Shown: positions 1-8,106 of the stretch, piece after piece
Numbering within the stretch: position 1 is the stretch's first letter
How the letters are laid out: each line of letters begins with the position of its first letter
From: Abditibacterium sp.
Lineage (GTDB): Bacteria > Armatimonadota > Abditibacteriia > Abditibacteriales > Abditibacteriaceae
Length of the DNA: 64,000 nt
Assembly: GCA_965246885.1 (NCBI GenBank)
Contig: OZ251992.1
Location: 192,001-256,000, forward strand
Direction of reading: 5' to 3'
Made by a program: the position numbers and the translations under genes
The notes under the pieces: model-generated
Told to the model about the DNA's origin: nothing
What the model saw: the letters and a program-made list of their open reading frames with translations, nothing else
Database searches by the model: none

Positions 1-1050
1 ATCACCCGCCGCCCCCGCCGCCCGCGCCTTCTCGATGTGGGCGTCCGCGAGCGTGCGGGGCGAGGCCGCGACTGGAACCCACGCAGCCAGCGTTTTGTCG
101 AGTAGCGCCGCGCCCGTCGCGGCTCCGGTATCGCGCGCGGCGGCTTCGGTTGCGCCAGTTTCGCTCCATACGAGCGGCTCGCCGCTTTCGCGCGCGGCAT
201 CGCCCAACACGGCGGCATAGGGCGAGGCGGTGCCGTCGAACGGCCCGACATAAAGCGCGACAACAGCCCGGTAGCCCGTCGCTTGGCCAACCGCGCTCGC
301 CGCATCCGCCGCGCGATTGGTGGCCACTTGCAGCGACGCTTTGCGCAGCGCTTCGGGCAACTTGGTCGCGCTTTGCAAGGACTTCAGCGCATCCCGGAGC
401 GCCACAAGCGTTCCCGGCAGGAGCCGCCCCTCGCCCAAAGCGCGCGCCAGCAGATTCCCATCGGGCGCGGTCGCTTGCACATTGGCGTAGCCCAAGTTAG
501 TCAAGGCGCGCGCGAGGGGAACTGCCGCCAGCAACGCGCGCCCCGGCGGGGATGCGGGTCGCGGCGTAAAGAACGTCGGAGGGTCGAGTGCCGGGGTGGG
601 CGCGCCGATGGGTGGCGCCGGTGCGACCGTCGGGGGGCCGCCCGTCACAAGCGGGAACTGCGAGGGGCCTTCGGGCACCTTGTCGAAGCGATGGTCGGGC
701 TTCTTGGCTTTTTTGGCGAAGGCGCGCCACTCTGAGAATGGCCCCTCGAAGCGCGCGGGCGTAATCGCCGTGAGCGGCACATCGGGCGCAAGCGGAGCGG
801 GAGTTCCCGGTGCGACGCCAGTGGCATTACCCGGAAACGCCGCGTCGGGCGCGTCGTCGAGGGCCACGATCAGCACGCTCACCCCGCGCGTCACGGGAGC
901 AGTCGCGGCGGAGGGCAAAGGCGCGAGAGTTTGGGCATGACCGATGAGGGGCGTTCCAACAACCCCCAACAGCATCCCCATGCAGGCGCCGCGCCCAAAG
1001 CGGGCCGACAAACGGGGGGACAGAGGGCCTCGAAAAGTGGGAGTTCGCAT
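1..1050 (-). CDS. Secreted Ala/Pro-rich hypothetical protein, 3' end outside the window
   Basis: Absent from the ORF track because no stop is in the window. Hand translation from ATG 1050 is open to base 1: MRTPTFRGPLSPRLSARFGRGACMGMLLGVVGTPLIGHAQTLAP..., with a signal-peptide-like start. Confidence 0.7.
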   Translation of the reverse strand, partial: MRTPTFRGPLSPRLSARFGRGACMGMLLGVVGTPLIGHAQTLAPLPSAATAPVTRGVSVLIVALDDAPDAAFPGNATGVAPGTPAPLAPDVPLTAITPARFEGPFSEWRAFAKKAKKPDHRFDKVPEGPSQFPLVTGGPPTVAPAPPIGAPTPALDPPTFFTPRPASPPGRALLAAVPLARALTNLGYANVQATAPDGNLLARALGEGRLLPGTLVALRDALKSLQSATKLPEALRKASLQVATNRAADAASAVGQATGYRAVVALYVGPFDGTASPYAAVLGDAARESGEPLVWSETGATEAAARDTGAATGAALLDKTLAAWVPVAASPRTLADAHIEKARAAGAAGD

Positions 1051-1183
1051 CGCAGAAACAGGTGCCGCCGCCCCAGAAACAACTCTTCTGTACAGCGACC
1101 GATACCCGGAAGTTTGACACGCCCCCCGCCGCCCCGTTTTCGCCCGGTGTCAAAAATCATACGGCGGCGGACGCTTCGCCGCC

Positions 1184-1309
1184 ATCCGTCAGCAAATGAC
1201 ACACGTCTGGGAGCCGCCGACAGACGCGCGGCAATCGCCGACAGACGTCCGGCGATCATTCCCAGACGTCTGTCATTTGCTGACGGACGTCTGGGAATGA
1301 GTCGCCGGA
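1184..1309. repeat. 21-bp-period modular array, family A (GAC|GTC junctions)
   Basis: ACG anchors at 1203, 1224, 1245, 1266 and 1287. Units start GTC(T/C)G and end C(A/G)GAC, in mixed orientation. Confidence 0.85.
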
Positions 1310-1321
1310 GTCGGAATTTCG

Positions 1322-2713
1322 CTACGAGGCGCTTTCCGTCGCGTAGGCTTCTTCGCCGTGCAGCGACACGTCCAACCCGCGCTCTTCGGCTTCGTCGGTC
1401 GCGCGCAAGCCCATAACGGCCTTGAGGACGGAGCAGATAAGAAAGCTCATCACGAAGGTGTAGAGGGCAACAGCGCTCGTGCCGATGATTTGGTTCATAA
1501 AGGCGCCAAAGCCACCTTCCAATAAACCGGGCAGGGCGAGCGAGTTGATGCCTGCGACTTTGAGGGCGCCAATGGAAAACACGCCGGTCAAAACGGCGCC
1601 GGTGAAGCCGCCCACGCCGTGCACCGCGAAAGCGTCGAGGGAGTCGTCCACCTTGCCACGCGCGCGTAGCTGAGCCGAAAAGTAGCACACGGCGGAAGTG
1701 ATGACGCCCACGAAGATGGCGCCCATTGGCGACACGAAGCCGCAAGCGGGCGTGATGCCGACCAAACCGGCGACGGCGCCCGTGCCCGCGCCCAAGGCCG
1801 TCATTTCTTTGCGGGTGATTTGGTCGAGCATCATCCACGCCAGCATCGCCGCCGCCGCGCCCAACTGGGTGTTGACAAACGCCGCCACCGCGAGGCTCCC
1901 CGACGCCACCGAAGACCCTGCGTTAAAGCCGAACCAGCCGAACCACAAGAGGCCAACGCCCAAAAGACAGAGCGGCAGGGAGTGCGGCAGCATCGGGCGC
2001 TTGCCGTAGCCCCGGCGCGGCCCCATCACCATGCACGCCGCGAGCGCGGCAAAGCCCGCGTTGACATGCACGACGGCGCCTCCAGCGAAGTCCATGACGC
2101 CCATTTTGCCCAGCCACCCGCCGCCCCACACCCAGTGAGCGACGGGGCAATAAACCAGCAACCCCCAAAGCAGCATGAACCACAAAAAGGTGGAGAACTT
2201 CATGCGCTCGACCAAGGAGCCGGAGATAAGCGCCGGGGTGATGATGAAAAACATCCCTTGGTAGATGGCGTAGAGTTGGTGCGGGATGGTGGGGGCGAGG
2301 GGACTGGCATCCGAAAGGCCGACGCCCTTGAAAAAGGCGTATTCGAGGCCGCCAAAGACGTTGTGGATGCCGTCACTCCCGCCGCCAAAAGCGAGCGAGT
2401 AGCCGATAACCGCCCACGCGACGCCCAACACGGCCATCGCGCCAAAGGACATCATGATGGTGTTGAGCACGTTCTTGCCGCGCACCAAGCCACCGTAAAA
2501 GAAGGCCAAACCGGGCGTCATCAGGAGCACCAAGGCCGAGGAAACGAGCATCCACGCGGTGTCGCCGGTGTTTAGCTCGAACTTTGGGGGCGCGGCGCTT
2601 TGGGCACACGCCACGTGGGGCAAGAGGGCGCCCGCGATGGCGAGCAGGGCGAACAAGGCAGGCGGTGACACGACCGCGCGCGGCAGGAAAGAACGGGTTG
2701 TCTGTTGGTTCAC
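1322..2713 (-). CDS. amtB: Ammonium transporter
   Basis: NTGDTAWMLVSSALVLLMTPGLAFFYGG, DFAGGAVVH, LLWFGWFGFNAGS, DDSLDAFAVHG, GLDVSLHGEEAY. Confidence 0.97.
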   Translation of the reverse strand: MNQQTTRSFLPRAVVSPPALFALLAIAGALLPHVACAQSAAPPKFELNTGDTAWMLVSSALVLLMTPGLAFFYGGLVRGKNVLNTIMMSFGAMAVLGVAWAVIGYSLAFGGGSDGIHNVFGGLEYAFFKGVGLSDASPLAPTIPHQLYAIYQGMFFIITPALISGSLVERMKFSTFLWFMLLWGLLVYCPVAHWVWGGGWLGKMGVMDFAGGAVVHVNAGFAALAACMVMGPRRGYGKRPMLPHSLPLCLLGVGLLWFGWFGFNAGSSVASGSLAVAAFVNTQLGAAAAMLAWMMLDQITRKEMTALGAGTGAVAGLVGITPACGFVSPMGAIFVGVITSAVCYFSAQLRARGKVDDSLDAFAVHGVGGFTGAVLTGVFSIGALKVAGINSLALPGLLEGGFGAFMNQIIGTSAVALYTFVMSFLICSVLKAVMGLRATDEAEERGLDVSLHGEEAYATESAS

Positions 2714-2742
2714 GAAAGCTCCAAAAAGGAACCGGAGCAGGG

Positions 2743-2786
2743 CGGCAGAAGGCGGCGCCCACCCGAAGGATGCGCCGCCGTTGCCG
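2743..2786 (-). promoter_or_regulatory. Stem-loop with cUUCGg tetraloop in the amtB 5' leader
   Basis: Minus strand CGGCAACGGCGGCGCATCC-TTCG-GGTGGGCGCCGCCTTCTGCCG, just downstream of a CATGCT -10-like hexamer (2795-2800). Confidence 0.55.
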
Positions 2787-2934
2787 ACCGAAATAGCATG
2801 TTCCGGCTCAAAAAGTCGCCTTGATTATAAGCGCTCGCTGTTGCCTCTCGCTTTCTCGCCGGTTAAATCCATGTTTCGTGCGGCGTCTTTTGCGGGTTTC
2901 GCGTTTCTGGAATTGTGCCCATCCACGCCGGTTT

Positions 2935-4584
2935 TCACGGTTTCGGCGCCAGTAAAAGCACCGTTGAGCCGCCTCGCGCCGCGACCTGCCAACCCGTGCG
3001 CTTCAGTTCCCTCACCAAGGGCGCCCCCGTTTCCACGTCCAGCAGCGCCTGCCCAAAGCCGCGCCGTGTTAGTTCGTCGCCCGCGCCGCGCGGCCCATCC
3101 GATAGGCTCCGGTAATCTTCCCAAAACGGCGCTGGGAACAGTTCGATGCGCGGGTCGCACAGGGGAATGACGACTGGCGCGCGCCCATTGGCGGGCCGCG
3201 TCGCCCACGTCAAGTAGGAGCCGCATACCATGTCCGTCCACACGCGCCCGAGCGCCGCGTCTGGGTGCGCGCGCCACCACTCGACTGCGCGCACCGGCGT
3301 CGTCCGCTCCAAGAGGAGACCCGGATCGCCGGGAAACGCGCCCTGCGGCGTCGGCGCGAAGCGGCTTGTGAAGGCAGCGGGCCAAGGAATCGACGTTTTC
3401 CACGCGGGCGCAAACGCGAGCGGCGCCGCGCACAGCAGCACGAGGAGCGCACCGTTAATCAGTTGCGCCGCGCGCGGCACGACCTGCGGTTTGGAAACCG
3501 GCACGAGGCGCGCGAGCAGAAGTGAGGCGAGGGGCGCCCCGAACAGGGCGAACCAGATCATCGCCCGTTGGTCGCGCGCACCCATTACGAAAGTCAGGCC
3601 AAGCGGCGCCAGCCACGCCCACCACGCGCGGGGCGCTTTGGCCGCACGCCAGAGCGCCGTCAGCAGTAGCGGCGACAACCAGAACAGGATGGAGTGCCAC
3701 TCATCGAAGCCGGGAGAGCGCCACTCTTGGATATATTTCTGGGAAATCGGGTCGTTGGAAAGCCGCGCGAGATACGCATACAGCGCCCATCCGTGCGGGT
3801 TCATCAAGGTCGCGGTCACGACCGCGACCAGTGTAACCGCGTACGGCTTGAGCGTCACCCTGTCCTCCCACACCCGCGCCGCACCGAGCGCCAGCAACGA
3901 CGCGGGCGCGAGGATGAAGGCGCCGTGCGTGTTTGCCCACAACGCGGCGACGGCGCACAGCCCCGCGCCAAGGGGGAGGGACGGCGCCCGCCAAAACGCG
4001 AGCAAAAGGGCCACCCATGCCGCACAAAGCAGCACCGAGAACATTTGTGGGCGCAAGTCCACGTTGTTGGAAGCGAGCAAAAACGCCCACAGCGCGCCCG
4101 CGCACCCCGCCCGCGATGCGGCCCCAAGTGCGATGCCCTCGCGCTTGGCCCATGCCCACGTCGCTCCCATCAAGACCCCAAAGGCCCCCGTCAAGCAGAG
4201 CGCGCGCAGCCATTGCAAGCCGCTTAGCCCCCAGCGCGACAACGTTTGGAACAGCCCCCCCTCGGCCAGCCACGACTGGTAAAAGAACGGCGCATCCAAC
4301 GGCACGCCAGAGGACATCGCGTTGGTGGTCGGCACCCGCCCACCCTGAAACAGCATCTCCCCGGCGCGAACGTGATACCATAGGTCGTTGGGCGCGAGCG
4401 GCTGTAACAGGGCGTAGACAAGCGCGCAGAGCGGCACGAACAGGAACCACAGCGTCTCGATCCGCGCCCAAAACGGGAGCGGAAGTGGGGCGACGGGCGC
4501 GGGGGGCGAAGTGGAAGTCACACCCCCGTTTTGCGAAGCTATTGCCTTTAATCCTGCGCGCGGCGGGCGGTTTATGGGACTCAT
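2935..4584 (-). CDS. Polytopic membrane protein, GT-C glycosyltransferase-like
   Basis: NDLWYHVRAGE after TM1, LRPQMFS, LWANTHGAF, YIQEWRSP, DPRIELF; many TM segments. Start uncertain. Confidence 0.7.
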   Translation of the reverse strand: MSPINRPPRAGLKAIASQNGGVTSTSPPAPVAPLPLPFWARIETLWFLFVPLCALVYALLQPLAPNDLWYHVRAGEMLFQGGRVPTTNAMSSGVPLDAPFFYQSWLAEGGLFQTLSRWGLSGLQWLRALCLTGAFGVLMGATWAWAKREGIALGAASRAGCAGALWAFLLASNNVDLRPQMFSVLLCAAWVALLLAFWRAPSLPLGAGLCAVAALWANTHGAFILAPASLLALGAARVWEDRVTLKPYAVTLVAVVTATLMNPHGWALYAYLARLSNDPISQKYIQEWRSPGFDEWHSILFWLSPLLLTALWRAAKAPRAWWAWLAPLGLTFVMGARDQRAMIWFALFGAPLASLLLARLVPVSKPQVVPRAAQLINGALLVLLCAAPLAFAPAWKTSIPWPAAFTSRFAPTPQGAFPGDPGLLLERTTPVRAVEWWRAHPDAALGRVWTDMVCGSYLTWATRPANGRAPVVIPLCDPRIELFPAPFWEDYRSLSDGPRGAGDELTRRGFGQALLDVETGAPLVRELKRTGWQVAARGGSTVLLLAPKP

Positions 4585-4678
4585 TGGCGATTTGCACCCG
4601 CCAAAGTTGGACGGGGCGCGCGACTTTGGCGCCCGAAGGGGCTTCTAAGGGGCGCGGAACTTCGTCGCTCACCCCATT

Positions 4679-6385
4679 ATGCCCCGTTCCTCTTTGTGGA
4701 TTGGCCCGCTTCTCCTCGCGCTTCCCGTCGTCGCGCGCGGGGATGACGCGCCCACGTTTTGGCGCGAGAACACCCTCGCCGCTCCATCCCTTCCTTCAGG
4801 GACACACACACCCGTCTCGCGCGCGCAGTTTTTTGGCGCGGCGGCGGAGCAAATCTCCTTTGTGGGGGCTTTAAAAGAGTGGCGCGAAACGCTACGAGGG
4901 CAAGGGCCGAGGGCGCGCCGCGAACTCTGGCACACCGACGCGGGCGGACATCTCGCCCTCGCGTTGGGGCGAGTGAACGTGCCCGCCATTGCGGGGCTTG
5001 GCGCGCCATCGGGAACGGCGCTGTCATGGAGCGGGAAGGGTGGCGCCTCCTTGGAAGCGGGCACCTCGGCGCGGCCCGTCGCGCTCGACGAGGCGTTGCA
5101 ACACTTCGACAGCCAAACAGATGGCGACGGCAAAACTCCGTCCGCGCCGCTTGAGCGCGCCAGTCTGACGTGGCTACGCGCGCGGCCCGTCGCGGGCAAA
5201 GCGGGCGAAGTCGAGGCCACGCTGTTGCGCGCCATCCGAAGCGATGCGGGCGCGGCGCGCGGCGGGGACTTCGAGAACGTCGCGGCGAGGATGGCCCTGC
5301 CCGCGCGGTGGTCGTTGCGCGGCAGTTGGACGAACGCGCAACTGGACGGTCACGACGCCGCGACCAGTTGGAACACCGCCGCCAGTGGCCCGCTGTCCCA
5401 TCCTTTCGGCGAGGCGTCGGTCGCCCTTGCGGTGCGGGCGACCGACGCGGGCTTTGCGACGCTCACCAGTCAAAACGGGCGCGGCGAGCGCGCCGGGGAC
5501 GCGCAAATCACCCAAGGTGTACAGATTGGCGCGGTGTCGGGCAGTCTCGCTGCGACCGCGTCGTCGCGCACCGTCGCCGACGCGACGGGCGCCGCAAGTG
5601 GAACCGAATTGGCCCGCGACGCGGCGACGGCGGGCGCTGACTTGAAGGTGCAACTCGCGCCCGCGCTCGCGCTCAAAGCCAGCGCGAGCGCGTCCAACAC
5701 CCAAACCGCGCGCGCGCCGGACAACCCGACTGCACCCGCGCGCGAAACGCTCACTGGCGCGGGCGGCGATGTGGGTCTTGAAGTCAAAGTTTCCAAGGCG
5801 TTATCGCTCGAAGTGGGCGGCGGATTGAGCGGGGAGGCGCGCACCTTCGGCGTGGGCCACGCCATCCCCACGACGGAAAGCCGCGCCACTATGCGTCTGC
5901 GCCACCACAGCAGCGCCGGTTCGTGGTCGGCCAGTTTGCAAGCCCGCGACCGCGACGAGGGCACAACGGCTGCGCCTTGGACGCACATCGCGGACGTGGG
6001 GTTGGAAAGTGAGCGCCACTTGGTGGGCGGCCTGCGTGTCCGTGCAAAGCTGAATTATCTCCTCGACCGCGCCGTGTGGGGTGCGGGCAACACCGGCGCC
6101 GGAAGCGCCGCGCGCTTGGCCGAAGCGCAATTCTCGTTGACCCGCGCCGCGCGCCTCGACGTGCGCTACCGCGACGGCGCCGCTCTGCCCACCGCGTTGC
6201 AAAGCGACCCGTTAGGCGCTTTGTTCTCTTCGTCATTCGTGACGGGCGGGCACGAACTCGCCACGCGCTGCGCTCTGGGCGCCGCCGCGAGCGGGGGCAA
6301 CGGCTTCGGCATGGCGCTGGAATGGGCGCGCACCGGCGCCGCTTCCGCGACCGACACTTGGAAAATCGGCCTCACGTATCGCTGA
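4679..6385 (+). CDS. Secreted hypothetical protein, probable outer-membrane beta-barrel
   Basis: Signal peptide, alternating amphipathic strands, C-terminal TWKIGLTYR. Confidence 0.65.
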   Translation: MPRSSLWIGPLLLALPVVARGDDAPTFWRENTLAAPSLPSGTHTPVSRAQFFGAAAEQISFVGALKEWRETLRGQGPRARRELWHTDAGGHLALALGRVNVPAIAGLGAPSGTALSWSGKGGASLEAGTSARPVALDEALQHFDSQTDGDGKTPSAPLERASLTWLRARPVAGKAGEVEATLLRAIRSDAGAARGGDFENVAARMALPARWSLRGSWTNAQLDGHDAATSWNTAASGPLSHPFGEASVALAVRATDAGFATLTSQNGRGERAGDAQITQGVQIGAVSGSLAATASSRTVADATGAASGTELARDAATAGADLKVQLAPALALKASASASNTQTARAPDNPTAPARETLTGAGGDVGLEVKVSKALSLEVGGGLSGEARTFGVGHAIPTTESRATMRLRHHSSAGSWSASLQARDRDEGTTAAPWTHIADVGLESERHLVGGLRVRAKLNYLLDRAVWGAGNTGAGSAARLAEAQFSLTRAARLDVRYRDGAALPTALQSDPLGALFSSSFVTGGHELATRCALGAAASGGNGFGMALEWARTGAASATDTWKIGLTYR

Positions 6386-6806
6386 GCCGGAGCGGGTTAT
6401 CCGTGCCCCGTCGCTGCGCCGCGCTACAGTTGCGAGTCGGCGCCGAAAGCGCCCGCGTCCGGCGCGGCGCTTGGAACTGACGTTTGGGAAGCGGCGAAAG
6501 CGGGTTGATAGGCGCGTCCAGCACCTCGTTTCGGTGCCGCAAAAAGCCTGTTCTCACGAGTGCCACGAACCCCACCGCTTGCACCGGCACGAAGACCAGT
6601 CCGGGAATGAACACGCCGCCGCTTCCGCTTTGCAGCGCCGTGACGCCGCCGAACAGCAGTATCGCGCCGATGTCGTCTGTCACCGCCGCGCCCAGGATCA
6701 TCCGCGCCGTTATGTTCGCGCTCGTCGCCACAAACTCCGCCGCGAACACCCAGAACAACGCTTGTAAAAGCTCGCCCTCGTGCCCAATGTCCCCTCCCGC
6801 GCCCAA
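6372..6806 (-). pseudogene. Internally deleted remnant of a CPA2 cation:proton antiporter
   Basis: FVATSANITAR runs directly into MILGAAVTDDIG...; only about 100 aa resemble the family, versus about 400 aa in an intact member. Confidence 0.65.
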
Positions 6807-6888
6807 TGCGGGCGCCAGTGAAACCGGTGGAGCATTGGCGAGCCACTTTCACGCCCCCGGCGCAGTCCAAACTCGCTTCTTCTCGTTC

Positions 6889-8106
6889 ATGGCTGCCTCC
6901 ACCTGCCCGTTGGCCCCCCTTCGCATCGCGCGCGTTTCGACGCGGCCTGCCGTTGGTGGCGCGGCGGCGCATGTCGCGCTCCTCGTCAAGCACTTTGCCG
7001 CGCCCGATTACCCGACGCTGTTCCTGTCGGGATTGTCCGATGCGCACGAGGGCGACTTTTATGCTCTACGCGCGCCCCATGAACGGCGCCCCATGCGTGT
7101 CCATTCGCTGCGCCGCGAACCCAGTTTGGGCCGCGATGCGCGCGCCCTGCGCGACTTGGTGCGCCATTTCCGCGCGTTCCGACCCGATCTGGTGGACACG
7201 CACCTGTCCAAAGCCGGGATATTGGGCCGCTTGGCGGCGCGCATCGCCGGTGTGCCGCGCTCCATGCACACTTTCCACGTCAACATCTTCGACGGCTACG
7301 CGTGGAACAGCCCGCAACGCGCCTTGTATCTTAAGTTGGAGCGCTACTGCGCACGCGGCACCGACCGGCTCATTTGCCTATCCGACGAACTGGGCGCGGA
7401 GATGGTGGCGCTGGGCATCGGGCACGCGGGGCAGTGGCGCACCATCCGTTTGGGCTTGGAATTAGACGCGTTCGACGCCTCCCCCGCTCAGCGCGAACTC
7501 GAACGGGCCGCGCTGCGCACCGAATTAGGCGTGCCGACGGGCACCCCACTCGTGGGAGTCGTCGCGCGGCTCGCGCCGGTCAAGGGCGTGCGCTGGTTGC
7601 TCGACGCCATCCCCGCCGTGCTGAAAAGCGCGCCAGCCGCGCACTTCGTCGTAGCGGGCGACGGCCCCTCCCGTGCCCGTTTGGAAGCGCACACGCGCGA
7701 GATGGGCGTGGGCGCGCGCGTTCACTTTCTGGGCATGCGCGCCGATGTCGCCGCGCTGTATCGCGCGTTCGACTGCCTCGTTCTACCTTCCCTTCAAGAG
7801 GGCACGCCCGTCTCGCTCATCGAAGCCTTGGCCGCGCAAACACCCGTTGTGGCGAGTGACGTGGGCGGCGTGTCGCTCCTCGTCCACCACGAAGCGACCG
7901 GGTTGCTCACCCCACCGCGCGACGCGGCGGCGTTGGCGAGTGCCATCACGCGCGCCTTGCACGACCAAGGCGCGGCGCAGGCGTGGGGACGCAACGGGCG
8001 GGACTTGGTGCGCCGCGAGTGGAGCGCCGCGCGCTTGGTAGAAGAGCACCGCGCGCTGTACGCCGAGTTAGCGTTCCTTCACCCCGTCAGCAGCGCGAGG
8101 GAGTAA
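6889..8106 (+). CDS. GT4 glycosyltransferase
   Basis: PDLVDTHLSKAGILGRLAA, VARLAPVKG, GDGP, LPSLQEGTPVSLIEALAA, SDVGG. Start moved to ATG 6889. Confidence 0.92.
   Translation: MAASTCPLAPLRIARVSTRPAVGGAAAHVALLVKHFAAPDYPTLFLSGLSDAHEGDFYALRAPHERRPMRVHSLRREPSLGRDARALRDLVRHFRAFRPDLVDTHLSKAGILGRLAARIAGVPRSMHTFHVNIFDGYAWNSPQRALYLKLERYCARGTDRLICLSDELGAEMVALGIGHAGQWRTIRLGLELDAFDASPAQRELERAALRTELGVPTGTPLVGVVARLAPVKGVRWLLDAIPAVLKSAPAAHFVVAGDGPSRARLEAHTREMGVGARVHFLGMRADVAALYRAFDCLVLPSLQEGTPVSLIEALAAQTPVVASDVGGVSLLVHHEATGLLTPPRDAAALASAITRALHDQGAAQAWGRNGRDLVRREWSAARLVEEHRALYAELAFLHPVSSARE

Noticed and set aside
1184..1309. 21-bp arrays as a CRISPR array
   Set aside because: No constant direct repeat with unique 30-40 bp spacers, and no cas genes in the window.
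6484..6888. N-terminal extension of the GT4 ORF
   Set aside because: It is the antisense of the antiporter remnant; GT4 homology begins near ATG 6889.
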